A stretch of DNA of 64,000 nt from Candidatus Omnitrophota bacterium (GTDB lineage Bacteria; Omnitrophota; Gorgyraeia; JAGLLT01). Positions within the stretch are counted from its first letter, which is position 1. Every line of letters starts with the position of its first letter. Shown here piece after piece: positions 39,838 to 49,833 of the stretch. A program made the translations under genes and the position numbers. The DNA lies in assembly GCA_023140385.1 (NCBI GenBank), contig JAGLLT010000018.1:6071-70070 (forward strand), read 5' to 3'. The notes beneath the pieces were generated by a model. It ran no database searches. It was not told the DNA's origin and saw nothing but the letters and a program-made list of their open reading frames with translations.

Positions 39838-41082
39838 ATGTTAATGAGACTACTATACCTAACCCTGATGGCATCACTTAAAGATGAGAGTGATATCAGT
39901 ATGTTTAGGGATGCGGGGTATGAGGTTTTTGTACTAAATGCAGATAAAAGCCGCAACTTTAATGAATTAAGCGGCTTGCCAGGTTTTAAGGAAATAATTA
40001 ATTTATACGAAATAAGAAAAGGACGCTTTTCTAATTTGAAAGTAAATACCAAGCGCCTTTTAAAGAAAACATTAAAACCTCTTATGCTTGATAAATGTTG
40101 TTTTTTAATGAAACTCCGGGAACGAATAATGAAAAAGCAGCTTTTAAAAAATGATAACAAACTAATGAAGATGCTCGCGGATATATTAAAACAGTATAAG
40201 ATTGAGGTAGTTTATTCTAGTTGGAGCATTACTTGTTTTAAAGAGATAAAAGCAATTCAAGGGTGCGGCGTGAAAGTACCCATTATTTTAAATATTGAAA
40301 CATACCCATTTTTTATTATAAATACGGTAGGACAAACTTATAAAGAAGATCAAATATTTAAAAATATAATTGAAAAGCTTGATGGAAGAATACACTGTAC
40401 GGAAGTTATGTATAGCTATTTTAATCGTCAATTCAATTTAAAGGATCATGGAAAGGACTTAAAAGCCATCAGCTATTTTCGCCAAAACTATCATTGCGGC
40501 ATAGAACGCACCCCTCTATCAAGAAAAGACAAGGAGCCGCATATTGTTTTTATTGGCACCACCGGGTTTTCAGAGCGCACTATTGATGATGTCAGCAGGC
40601 AAATTTACCAAATTGCTGACAAAGGTATCCACGTACATATTGGGAAGCCTGACATCAATATGAAAAAGCATCCATATCTTCATATCTTTCCACTATTTAA
40701 CAAAATGGATATTGTTAATGGCAATTTTGCCGCTTTCATGACACAGTTCGATGCCTGTGCCGTTCTTTATAATATTAACAAGAAGTATTCGCGTTTTAAC
40801 AATAGTGTTCCCATGCGGTTTCTCTTTGCAATTTGCGCCGAAATACCAATTGTCCTGCCGAGGGGTTACTTTGGCAGTTGCGAAGAAATTATTAACAAAT
40901 ACAAAATTGGCTTTTCATATGCCAACCCAGATGAACTTAAAATGAAAATATCAAATAAAAATTTTATGTTTGAATGCAAAAACAGTATAAAAAAAATTGC
41001 GCCGCTATTAACATTCGAAAATCAATTTTCTGTTTTTGACGCGTTTATAAAAGCGGTTGTTAAGGAAAAAGCAAAGGAATGA
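39838..41082 (+). CDS. Hypothetical protein, probable divergent GT-B glycosyltransferase
   Basis: HIVFIG, then PMRFLFAICAEIPIV...EIINKYKIG resembling a GT-B C-terminal domain; polysaccharide locus context. Confidence 0.55.
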   Translation: MLMRLLYLTLMASLKDESDISMFRDAGYEVFVLNADKSRNFNELSGLPGFKEIINLYEIRKGRFSNLKVNTKRLLKKTLKPLMLDKCCFLMKLRERIMKKQLLKNDNKLMKMLADILKQYKIEVVYSSWSITCFKEIKAIQGCGVKVPIILNIETYPFFIINTVGQTYKEDQIFKNIIEKLDGRIHCTEVMYSYFNRQFNLKDHGKDLKAISYFRQNYHCGIERTPLSRKDKEPHIVFIGTTGFSERTIDDVSRQIYQIADKGIHVHIGKPDINMKKHPYLHIFPLFNKMDIVNGNFAAFMTQFDACAVLYNINKKYSRFNNSVPMRFLFAICAEIPIVLPRGYFGSCEEIINKYKIGFSYANPDELKMKISNKNFMFECKNSIKKIAPLLTFENQFSVFDAFIKAVVKEKAKE

Positions 41083-41141
41083 AGGGAGGCCTCTAATTCA
41101 AATATTTGCGCAAAATTTAGAATTTGAATTAGCGGAGTATT

Positions 41142-42128
41142 ATGAAATTAATAGTTAATGTATCAATAATAATGCCTTGTTATAATGAGGTACAACACAT
41201 TGCAAAGTGCATGGAATCGATAGTTGCTAACGATTTTCCAAAGAATAAATTGGAAGTGCTTATATATGATGGCGGAAGCACTGACAGCACATTAAATATC
41301 CTAAAAGAATATACCCAAAAGTATTCATTTATTCACGTAAAAAGTAATAACCGCAAAATACAGGCGGCAGCTATGAATTTGGGCATTAAAGAAGCTCAAG
41401 GTGATATTGTTATAAGAATGGATGCTCACACTGTTTATGAAAAGGATTATATTTCTCAAGCGGTAAAGCTGCTAAATGAGACGAGCGCGGTAAATGTTGG
41501 CGGGCCTCAAGCTGGTCAGGGCAACTCGTATTTTACGAATAGCTTAGTTATGGCACTATCAAATGCTTTTATTTCTGGTAATGCCGTATATAGGTCTGAT
41601 AAAAACGTCCAACAGTATGTTGACACTGTTTATTTAGGTGCATGGCATAAAAAGGATTTAGAGGCTATTGGAGGCTTTGATGAATCTTTTATGGTTAATG
41701 AAGACTATGAATTAAATTATCGGCTTCGCAAAAAAAGCGGACAGATTTTATTTTCACCCAAAATTAAATCAACCTATTATGCGCGGAGTTCTTTATTTAA
41801 ACTAATTAAACAGTATTTTAGATATGGCTTTTGGAAAGCTAAAACTCTTAAGAAGCACCCCGCGTCTTTAAAAATCAGGCAAATGGCGGCACCGCTTTTT
41901 ATTTTAACATTATTTTTTTCTATAGCGTTCACTTTTTGCCAAAATTACTATTTATTGTGGCTTTTGTCGGGTTGCTATGTAATTGTGTTTGTGTTATTAT
42001 CAAGAAGCAGCCTTAACATGAAAAACATAAAATATGTGCCTGCTGTTTTTTTTATCGCTTTATTTATTCATCTTTCGTGGGGAGTGGGTTTTTTTGCCGG
42101 CCTTATTAGGTGGTGTTTTTATAAATAA
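41142..42128 (+). CDS. Glycosyltransferase family 2 (ExoA-like)
   Basis: SIIMPCYNE, DGGSTD, RMDAH, NEDYELNYRL, QYFRYGFWK; C-terminal TMs. Confidence 0.92.
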   Translation: MKLIVNVSIIMPCYNEVQHIAKCMESIVANDFPKNKLEVLIYDGGSTDSTLNILKEYTQKYSFIHVKSNNRKIQAAAMNLGIKEAQGDIVIRMDAHTVYEKDYISQAVKLLNETSAVNVGGPQAGQGNSYFTNSLVMALSNAFISGNAVYRSDKNVQQYVDTVYLGAWHKKDLEAIGGFDESFMVNEDYELNYRLRKKSGQILFSPKIKSTYYARSSLFKLIKQYFRYGFWKAKTLKKHPASLKIRQMAAPLFILTLFFSIAFTFCQNYYLLWLLSGCYVIVFVLLSRSSLNMKNIKYVPAVFFIALFIHLSWGVGFFAGLIRWCFYK

Positions 42129-42133
42129 AAAGT

Positions 42134-43120
42134 ATGGAGCTTAATATGAACATTTTTATTACGGGCAGTAGTGGTTTTATAGGTAAACATTTAATTGAAA
42201 AGCTAATAAGCCGGAAAAATGTGGTAACCGGGTATGATGTAACTGAACCTGCAATTTCAAGTGAGTTATTTAAGCATATAGATGGAAATATATGTGATAA
42301 AGATAGCTTAATAAATGCCTTGAATCAAAAAAGATACGATATCATTATCCATCTGGCGGCTAAACATCATGATTTTGGCGTTTCTGAAGATGAGTTTTTC
42401 GAAGTCAACGAAGGTGGAACAAAAAATCTAACAAAGGCCGCTGATGCTTGCGGCGTAAAGAACTTTTTATTTTTTAGTTCAGTAGCAGTCTATGGAGATA
42501 GAAGCAAGCCTGTAATGGATGACGCGGTTTGTGAGCCAGCCTCGTTTTACGGTAAATCTAAACTAGCCGCGGAAAAAGTATTAGAAGAATGGACGGCTGT
42601 GAACAATGAAAGAGTGGTTAATGTAATAAGGCCGGTGGTAGTCTTTGGTCCTGAAAATTATGCTAATATGTACCATTTGATCAGTAAAATTGCTAATAAG
42701 AAATTTATATTTATTGGAAAGGGAAGCAATATTAAGTCAATTGCCTACGTAGAAAATGTTGTTAATGCCGCGTTATTTCTTTTAGATAATATGGCGCCGG
42801 GTATTAGCTATTATAACTATTCCGATGAACCCCAAATGCCGGTAAAAAAGATAGTTGAAAAAATAGCTTATCACGCGGGGGTGAAGATTTCCAGATTTCG
42901 GATACCGCTTTTTCCGGCTTTAGCATTAACCTATTTTTTTGACTTGTTGGAAAAGATAACAGGGCATCTGTTTCCGGTTACTGCCAAAAGAATTAAAAAA
43001 TTCAATACACCGACGCACTATGAGTCAAGAAAGATAAGGCTTAAAGGATATAAACAGTTAGTTTCATGTGATGAGGCTTTCGGAAAAACTCTGAAGTGGT
43101 TTATGGACAAAGGAAAGTAG
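42134..43120 (+). CDS. NAD-dependent epimerase/dehydratase
   Basis: ITGSSGFIG, HLAA, SSVAVYG, YGKSK. Confidence 0.92.
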   Translation: MELNMNIFITGSSGFIGKHLIEKLISRKNVVTGYDVTEPAISSELFKHIDGNICDKDSLINALNQKRYDIIIHLAAKHHDFGVSEDEFFEVNEGGTKNLTKAADACGVKNFLFFSSVAVYGDRSKPVMDDAVCEPASFYGKSKLAAEKVLEEWTAVNNERVVNVIRPVVVFGPENYANMYHLISKIANKKFIFIGKGSNIKSIAYVENVVNAALFLLDNMAPGISYYNYSDEPQMPVKKIVEKIAYHAGVKISRFRIPLFPALALTYFFDLLEKITGHLFPVTAKRIKKFNTPTHYESRKIRLKGYKQLVSCDEAFGKTLKWFMDKGK

Positions 43121-43138
43121 ATTAAAACAAAGCGGGAA

Positions 43139-43942
43139 GTGAATATGGATATGAATAACACCTTTCATAAAGATAGGGCCGATGAAATTATTCGCAAAAA
43201 AGACGAAAAAGATTTTCATGATAAATTTTTTGCCGAAAGTGCGGAAAGAAAAGCTCAGGAAAAATTTTACGCTAAAGAGGTCAAAGAGCTTCTTTTTAAT
43301 TATGCCATTTCTCAAATGGGAGACTTAAAAGGTAGAAAACTTCTCTATTATGGTTGTGGAATTAATAAAAAACCATTGTCGAAATTTATTTCAGAAGGCG
43401 CAGAAGTAAAGGCTATTGATTTGTCCTCAGAGGCCGTTGAGATTATGAAAAAGTTCATAATAAAAGAAAAATTAAATGATTATGCGGAAATGCTGGAAAT
43501 GGATGCGGAAAAATTATCGTTTGATAATAATATGTTTGATTTAGTATTCGGATCCGCAATAATTCACCATTTGGACATAAGAAAGGCAAGTTCAGAGATC
43601 AGCAGGATTTTGAAAAAAGGAGGAAAAGCTATTTTCATAGAACCCCTGGGGATGAATCCTATTATAAACTTCTATCGCTTAGTAACCCCTAAAGACAGGA
43701 CAAAAGATGAGCATCCCTTAAAAATGGGCGACGTAGATACAGTTAAAAAGAATTTTACTTCTTGCAGACAAAAAAATTTCTTTTTTCTTGCCTTGGGCGC
43801 TTTTTTTTGGAAATATATAAGAAATGAGGCGCTTTTTAGGCTGACTTTTAAGATATTTGTAAAGGCGGATAATTGCCTTTTTAAGGTTGTTCCATTTTTT
43901 AAAAGGTACTGTTGGTGTACTGTAATTACCTTGCAAAAATGA
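43139..43942 (+). CDS. Class I SAM-dependent methyltransferase
   Basis: YGCG, IDLS, MDAE, FDLVFG, IIHHL, RILKKGG, RTKDEHPL. Confidence 0.85.
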   Translation: MNMDMNNTFHKDRADEIIRKKDEKDFHDKFFAESAERKAQEKFYAKEVKELLFNYAISQMGDLKGRKLLYYGCGINKKPLSKFISEGAEVKAIDLSSEAVEIMKKFIIKEKLNDYAEMLEMDAEKLSFDNNMFDLVFGSAIIHHLDIRKASSEISRILKKGGKAIFIEPLGMNPIINFYRLVTPKDRTKDEHPLKMGDVDTVKKNFTSCRQKNFFFLALGAFFWKYIRNEALFRLTFKIFVKADNCLFKVVPFFKRYCWCTVITLQK

Positions 43943-43991
43943 TTAACACAATTTTTGTGCTAAAAATGTAAATTGAAAAAAAGTTTTATAA

Positions 43992-45029
43992 ATGACTAAA
44001 AGCTATTTTTTCACCTTCATAATTTGTATCGCGGTTTCTTTTATTGCGACGCCTTTTATCAGAAAACTGGCCCGTTGGGGGGGGTTTTTGGATAAGCCCG
44101 GCAGGCGCAAGGTGCACAGAGAGAGTATTGCCAGCCTGGGCGGTATGGCAATTTTCATCTCTTTTTTGGCGGGCATATTTTTTGTTTATCATATAATGGC
44201 GCTAACGGCTGATAGGAACCTGCTTACCGGCCTTTTGATTGGAGCTTCCGCGATTGTCCTTCTTGGTGTCTACGATGACATAAAGAATGTACCCGCTTTG
44301 TTAAAGTTGGCCGGCCAGGTGGCGGTTGCCTCAATTGTTTATTATTACGGTTTTAGAATTGAAGAGTTTTTTGGCCTGTCTGTAGATACTCCCTTTCTTA
44401 AACTCTTATCCTATCTTGTTACGGTTGGCTGGATAGTGGGGGCAATTAATGCCATTAACCTTTTAGATGGTTTAGACGGCCTGGCTTGCGGCATAACGGC
44501 TATAGTGGCTGTATTTTTGTTTACCGCCTCTTTTATTGACGGCAACTATATGCTTTGTTTTTTGACCGCGGCTCTTGCCGGAAGCTGTCTGGGTTTCTTA
44601 CCTTACAATCTCTATCCGGCCAGTATATTTATGGGAGATACCGGAAGCATGCTCTTGGGCCTAATTTTAGCCCTGGTAGCTATAGAAAGTTCTCAGAAAA
44701 GTACGACTATTATTGCCGTTCTTGTTCCTATGATTGCCATGGCGGTTCCTTTAATTGATACGTTCTTATCTATTTTAAGACGCCTTATTAAAAAAGAGCC
44801 GCTTTTTAAAGCTGACAAAAATCACATTCACCACCGTCTGCTGATGGAGGAGAAATCGCAGATGAAGGTGGTATTGACTTTATATTCCGTTACCTGTTTT
44901 TTTGGTTTGATTGCTCTCGGCGTACGAGGGATAAAGGGTATTTATATGGTTGGCGCTCTGGCTGTTGTCAGCCTGGTTACTTTCAGGTGGATGCGTAATT
45001 CGGGCTTTCTGGATATAGAGGGGAAGTAG
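43992..45029 (+). CDS. Undecaprenyl-phosphate GlcNAc-1-phosphate transferase (WecA/TagO family)
   Basis: [40 protein letters not shown]. Confidence 0.93.
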   Translation: MTKSYFFTFIICIAVSFIATPFIRKLARWGGFLDKPGRRKVHRESIASLGGMAIFISFLAGIFFVYHIMALTADRNLLTGLLIGASAIVLLGVYDDIKNVPALLKLAGQVAVASIVYYYGFRIEEFFGLSVDTPFLKLLSYLVTVGWIVGAINAINLLDGLDGLACGITAIVAVFLFTASFIDGNYMLCFLTAALAGSCLGFLPYNLYPASIFMGDTGSMLLGLILALVAIESSQKSTTIIAVLVPMIAMAVPLIDTFLSILRRLIKKEPLFKADKNHIHHRLLMEEKSQMKVVLTLYSVTCFFGLIALGVRGIKGIYMVGALAVVSLVTFRWMRNSGFLDIEGK

Positions 45030-45049
45030 TTTATGGTCGGTGGGAAACT

Positions 45050-45922
45050 ATGGGTTTAAGAAATAATTTTTCCATACTAAAGCCTGTTGTTAAAGCAAAC
45101 TTTGTTTTCTTACGGCGTTATCCGAGAGCTTTTATTCCTTTCCTGATCACGGCGCTTGCCAGCTCCCTTGTCCTTCTTATTTTATATTTGATTCCCATGA
45201 GCCCCCTTAACAGCCTGCTTGGCCAGCCGGTTACAGACTTCTACGGGGCGCAGTATCTGCATTATCCGTATAATTTTACACTTCTGCCGCGTCTTTTTTC
45301 AAATGCAAGGAACTTTTTGGTTAATCCTTTGATGGGAAGTCTGATGGCGGCCATTGCCGTAGGTATGGTTTGTAATTATCACCGGGGCCGGGAGCCGGCC
45401 TTTTTCAGAAACTTTAATAAGGCCATGAGAAGGTTTATTCATATAGCCGGCTGTATGGTTCTAATGGTGACGGTAAGTTACCTTTTATCGCGGGCGGTTC
45501 CTTATTTGGTAACTAAACTTTTTCCCGGCATTTCCCGTCCGGCACTCATAAATTCAGCCGTCACTTTTTTTGTCCTGGCAGGCGCTGAATGCTTTTTCGT
45601 TTACACCTTTATAGCGATTATGTACAAGAGGATGAAGTTTGGGGGCGCGCTGAAGGAGAGCTTTGTATTTTCAGGCCGCTTATATCTTGTAACCTTCGCT
45701 CTGATTTTTTCCTGCAGACTGCTTGATTTTGGCGCTACTCTTATTGTTTTAAGACAGCCTTACCTGATGGATAGGTTTGTACCCGATATTACTCTTCTAA
45801 TCTTATTTTTCGGGATTATAGTAGCGGTTTTTTCAGATGCTTTGGTATATACCCTTGCTGCTAATTTGTATATCTTTAAAGAGCATATTGGAGAGTCATT
45901 AAGCAATGATGAAGTTCAATAA
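45050..45922 (+). CDS. Hypothetical integral membrane protein
   Basis: 290 aa with ~6 hydrophobic segments; tightly packed in the operon. Confidence 0.7.
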   Translation: MGLRNNFSILKPVVKANFVFLRRYPRAFIPFLITALASSLVLLILYLIPMSPLNSLLGQPVTDFYGAQYLHYPYNFTLLPRLFSNARNFLVNPLMGSLMAAIAVGMVCNYHRGREPAFFRNFNKAMRRFIHIAGCMVLMVTVSYLLSRAVPYLVTKLFPGISRPALINSAVTFFVLAGAECFFVYTFIAIMYKRMKFGGALKESFVFSGRLYLVTFALIFSCRLLDFGATLIVLRQPYLMDRFVPDITLLILFFGIIVAVFSDALVYTLAANLYIFKEHIGESLSNDEVQ

Positions 45923-46775
45923 AAAAATACTTAAATTTTCGCGGGTTATCCTGATTCTTGCAACACTGTGTCTGTCGGGGTGCTACGGCGCCTATGAAGC
46001 GGAGAGGGCCTACTGGCTGGTTAACCGTAAATATGCACGCTTTATAAAGGAGTTTGAAGCGGCGGATGAGGTTGGCCGCGAGAGGCTGATTAGCAATAGG
46101 TCGAAGGAGATAATAGTTGATTTTAGAAAGATGATTATTAGTTATCCCGGCTGGCCGCCGTCCGCTCAGGCCCAGCTGATGATTGCCGGCATATATAATA
46201 CGCGGAATGAGACCGAGAGGGCTATAAGTGAATATCAAAGGGTTCTGAAGGAGTATCCCGCCTTAAATAAACAGTGCGCGAGCGCCGTATATGCTATCGC
46301 CGTCATTTATCAACAGGAGGGTAGTTGGCCGGAGGCCGAAGAGAACTTTAAGAGAGTTATGAAAGAGTATTTCTATACAAATACCGGCTTAAGGGTTCCG
46401 CTGCCGTTTAGCCGTTCTTTAAGAGCCAGAGGCAGGTTTGAAGCGGCGGAAGATGTTTATGGCGAAGCTATCAGTAAATATACAACCTACATTAGTGAAA
46501 ATCCGGATGAGCTCAATGTCCTTTTGGCGTTGGAACAGCTTATTAATTGTTACGGTGATCAGAACCGATGGCAGGAAGCCGTAGACTTTTTAGACAACAA
46601 AATAAACAAAGGCCCGGATACTCCTTTGGTCTTGCAATCTTTAGCTATAAGTGCTACTATATACGAAACGCATCTTGACAATAAAGAAAAGGCCTATAAA
46701 ATTTACCGTCGGGTTGTAGAAAAATTTCCCGATAGCCCGGCGGCAAAAAATATAAAGGAACGTCTTAATTTATGA
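45906..46775 (+). CDS. TPR-repeat lipoprotein
   Basis: Lipobox LSGC; repeated TPR-like units (AISEYQRVLKEYP, AEENFKRVMKEY, AYKIYRRVVEKFPDS). Confidence 0.8.
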   Translation: MMKFNKKILKFSRVILILATLCLSGCYGAYEAERAYWLVNRKYARFIKEFEAADEVGRERLISNRSKEIIVDFRKMIISYPGWPPSAQAQLMIAGIYNTRNETERAISEYQRVLKEYPALNKQCASAVYAIAVIYQQEGSWPEAEENFKRVMKEYFYTNTGLRVPLPFSRSLRARGRFEAAEDVYGEAISKYTTYISENPDELNVLLALEQLINCYGDQNRWQEAVDFLDNKINKGPDTPLVLQSLAISATIYETHLDNKEKAYKIYRRVVEKFPDSPAAKNIKERLNL

Positions 46776-46788
46776 CAGAGGGCGGGTT

Positions 46789-47628
46789 GTGAAAAAACAA
46801 GGCACGTTAATTAAGCTTGTTATAATTTTTGTCCTGCTGGTAATTACCTATCTGCCGACTTTTAAGTGGATGATAGAAAGGTTTGAAGAAACAGAGTCTT
46901 ACTATTCTCACGGTTATCTGGTGCCTTTCATAGCTCTGGGGCTAATTTATTGGAAGAGGGAAAGGCTTAAGCAGCTTCAAGCTTCATCAAGCGGCATCGG
47001 TTTTTTTCTTATCGCGGCCGCTCTGCTTATGCACGCCGCGGGGCTTATTTTAAAGATAGGCTTTATCAGCGGAGCTTCCTTGCTGATGGCCTTATTCGGG
47101 CTTAGCCTGTATCTGGGCGGAGCGGCTATTGCTAAAGAGCTTTTCTTCCCCATATCCTTTCTTATCTTTATGGTACCTATGCCCAGAGTGCTAACCATCC
47201 ATATAAGTTTTAAAATGAAACTTCTCGCGGCGCAGGCGGGAACCGTTTTAATTAACTGGCTGGGAATAACGGCTGTGCGTAATGGAAGCATAGTTCACCT
47301 GCCTAACACCTCGCTTACCGTCGGCTCTCCCTGCAGCGGCTTAAGGTCATTGATAGCTTTGTGCGGGCTGGGAGTTTTGTTTGCCTATGTCGCTGATTTA
47401 TCGCGTTTTAAAAAATTTATCCTCTTTCTGGCCTCTATTCCCTTAGCTTTGGGCGCCAACATATTGCGCATAACAATGCTTTTATGGGTGGCCCGCAAAT
47501 ATGGACAGGAAGTGGCTACGGGAAAGTTTCATGACTACTCCGGGATGTTTGTTTTTATATTCGCGCTCGCGGGTTTAATTTTAATCAACAAGGCATTACA
47601 ATGGGAACCGAAAAAACAAAGTACTTAG
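46789..47628 (+). CDS. Exosortase (EpsH family)
   Basis: YYSHGYLVP, FMVPMP, and the catalytic triad contexts PCSGLRS, NILRI and FHD. Confidence 0.92.
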   Translation: MKKQGTLIKLVIIFVLLVITYLPTFKWMIERFEETESYYSHGYLVPFIALGLIYWKRERLKQLQASSSGIGFFLIAAALLMHAAGLILKIGFISGASLLMALFGLSLYLGGAAIAKELFFPISFLIFMVPMPRVLTIHISFKMKLLAAQAGTVLINWLGITAVRNGSIVHLPNTSLTVGSPCSGLRSLIALCGLGVLFAYVADLSRFKKFILFLASIPLALGANILRITMLLWVARKYGQEVATGKFHDYSGMFVFIFALAGLILINKALQWEPKKQST

Positions 47629-48242
47629 TAGTAATTATAATTTTAGCTCTCAGCTCTTTCTGGGTGACCTTTGTTTTGAACAGGAAGGGCGAGGTAAGTC
47701 AGGGCAGTTCAAAGCGGATTGAAATTCCCTACAGTTTAGGTGAATGGAATGGTAAAGACGCGGACATCAGCCCCGAAGAGTTGGAAGAGATATACCGGAT
47801 ATTGGGCACGGATAAGGTTATCCTGCGCAATTACGTTAATGATGACGGCAGTATTATTCAGCTTTACGTTGTTTACAGTCAGAAGGACAGAACAAGTTTT
47901 CATCCTCCCGAGTACTGTTATATAGGAGGAGGCAATGCCGAATTAATCGGAAAAGGCTTGGTGCAATTATCACTGTATGATAGTAAGCTGGCAGCTAACA
48001 GGCTTATCTTTCAAACGCCGAAAGGAACTCAGCAGGTTATTTACTGGTACGCGGCCGGCAAAAAAATGTATGCCAGTTATAACAAACAGCAGATTCGCCT
48101 GGTGCTGGATATGCTTAAGGGCGGAGAGTTTCAGGGGCTTATGGTGCGCCTTTCAAGCCTTTCCCGGGAGGACAAGCAAGCCGATGATCTTGTTCATTTC
48201 CAGAATTTTGCTAATGAGATTATGCCTTATCTGAGAAAGTAA
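47601..48242 (+). CDS. Exosortase-associated EpsI-family protein
   Basis: N-terminal TM, IPYSLGEWNG, LRNY, HPPEYCYIGGG, YWY, LMVRLS; overlaps the exosortase gene. Confidence 0.88.
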   Translation: MGTEKTKYLVVIIILALSSFWVTFVLNRKGEVSQGSSKRIEIPYSLGEWNGKDADISPEELEEIYRILGTDKVILRNYVNDDGSIIQLYVVYSQKDRTSFHPPEYCYIGGGNAELIGKGLVQLSLYDSKLAANRLIFQTPKGTQQVIYWYAAGKKMYASYNKQQIRLVLDMLKGGEFQGLMVRLSSLSREDKQADDLVHFQNFANEIMPYLRK

Positions 48243-48404
48243 GGGGCGCGCGAAAGTAAAGAAAGAACCAACAGTAACATTTGCAGCCGGTAATGAAATA
48301 GTCAAACTGCGCGAGAAGTTCAGGTGTTTGGACGTCAAAATACCCCGCCTTTAAAGATAAATCCTTAAAATTTATTAAAAGTTTAGCGGCGAACAAGAAT
48401 TTAC

Positions 48405-48433
48405 TTGACTGCCGGTTTTTCTTGTGATAAATT
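48405..48433 (+). promoter_or_regulatory. Putative sigma70 promoter of the sugar-utilisation genes
   Basis: TTGACT-17 nt-TAAATT with TGn. Confidence 0.4.
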
Positions 48434-48534
48434 ACATTCAATTAACTCTTGCGGAAGGAAGAGAATTACCCTTGCAACTTATAACAAGCATTGGTGTTAG
48501 AGATTGCAGGATAATAAAGGAGGAAATGGCAGTG

Positions 48535-49824
48535 ATGTTAAAACGCATTAGGCTTATAGGGTTTATCGCGGCTTTAGCCGTTACGATTTGTCTTTTTGGA
48601 TGCGGCGCCAGGGAAGATGACGGCCGGCCGAGAATACAAGTTTCGTACTGGGGCGGCTACGAGGAGGTTGAGATTATTGAAGGCATTGCCGGAAAGTGGC
48701 AGGAAGAACACCCCGATATAAAAATAGAGCTCCAGCATACACCGGGCATCTCAAATTATACTAACAAGCTCTTAACCAGAGTGGCCGGAGGGGCGCCCCC
48801 TGACGTTTCTTTCGCGGAGGTAAAAGTTTTTGTAGACTTTGTAACCCACGACCTGTTTCTTGACCTGAAACCTTTTATTGAAAAGGATCCGAATTTTGAT
48901 ATTGGAGACTTCTTTCCCGATGTAGTCAAGAGGTTTACCAGAGACGGCAAGATTTTGGGCATTCCCCGGGATACGGCGCCATTTGCCTGTGTTTATTATA
49001 ACAAGAGACTCTTTGACGAGGCTGGTTTGGAGTATCCCACTGATGATTGGACTATGGAAGAGATGTTAGAAAAGGCTCAGGCCTTAACCAGAAAAGACGC
49101 CAAGGGAAGAACGGTCCAGTATGGTTTTTGCAGTCATTTTTTTGAGAACTTTATTTATGCTTACGGCGGCAGGCTGGCCGATAGCGTTGATAATCCCACT
49201 AAGTGCGCCCTTAGTGATCCGAAAACATTAAAGGGCCTCCAGTTTTATACTGATTTGTATACAAAATATAAAGTTTCCCCTAATCCGGAAGCTTTAAGCA
49301 GTTCCGGTAAAAGCGCCAATCAGCTCTTTATGACCGGCCAGGTGGCTATGTATAATTCAGGTGTTTGGGAAAGTCCGGCGTTGAGAGATATTAAGAACTT
49401 TGACTGGGATATAGTTATGTTTCCTAAAGGCCCTGGCGGCAGGAGAGCTTTTGGAACGGGGGGCAGCGCTTACTGTATTTTAAAGACGACCAAAAACCCC
49501 GAGGCCGCCTGGGAGGTAGTAAAAGCTCTTGCAGGAAATGAGGGGCAGATTATGATGGCTAAAAAAGGGTTGGCGCAGCCCGCGAATATCAAGATTGCGG
49601 AAGGCCCCTACTGGACAGGTGATCCCAAGAAGCCGCTAAATAAGGGGATGTTAAATGAAGCGGTTGAATATGTAGTTTACTCTCCTTTTCATCCCAAATG
49701 GAGAGAAGCTGAAGACAAGTATATACGTCCGGAGCTTGATTACCTGCTTCTGGGTGAAATAGACGCGGAAGAGTTTGCTAAGAGGGTAAGTCCCAAAGTA
49801 GACAAATTACTTAAAGAGGAGTAA
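48535..49824 (+). CDS. Sugar ABC transporter solute-binding lipoprotein
   Basis: Lipobox LFGC; GGAPPDV, YYNKRLFDEAGL, FMTGQVAM, KNPEAAWE. Start lies at 48526-48535 after AGGAGG. Confidence 0.9.
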   Translation: MLKRIRLIGFIAALAVTICLFGCGAREDDGRPRIQVSYWGGYEEVEIIEGIAGKWQEEHPDIKIELQHTPGISNYTNKLLTRVAGGAPPDVSFAEVKVFVDFVTHDLFLDLKPFIEKDPNFDIGDFFPDVVKRFTRDGKILGIPRDTAPFACVYYNKRLFDEAGLEYPTDDWTMEEMLEKAQALTRKDAKGRTVQYGFCSHFFENFIYAYGGRLADSVDNPTKCALSDPKTLKGLQFYTDLYTKYKVSPNPEALSSSGKSANQLFMTGQVAMYNSGVWESPALRDIKNFDWDIVMFPKGPGGRRAFGTGGSAYCILKTTKNPEAAWEVVKALAGNEGQIMMAKKGLAQPANIKIAEGPYWTGDPKKPLNKGMLNEAVEYVVYSPFHPKWREAEDKYIRPELDYLLLGEIDAEEFAKRVSPKVDKLLKEE

Positions 49825-49833
49825 TTTTTTGAG

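Noticed and set aside
48243-48520. ncRNA or small gene between epsI and the SBP gene
   Set aside because: No convincing structure or RBS-led ORF; only a plausible promoter.
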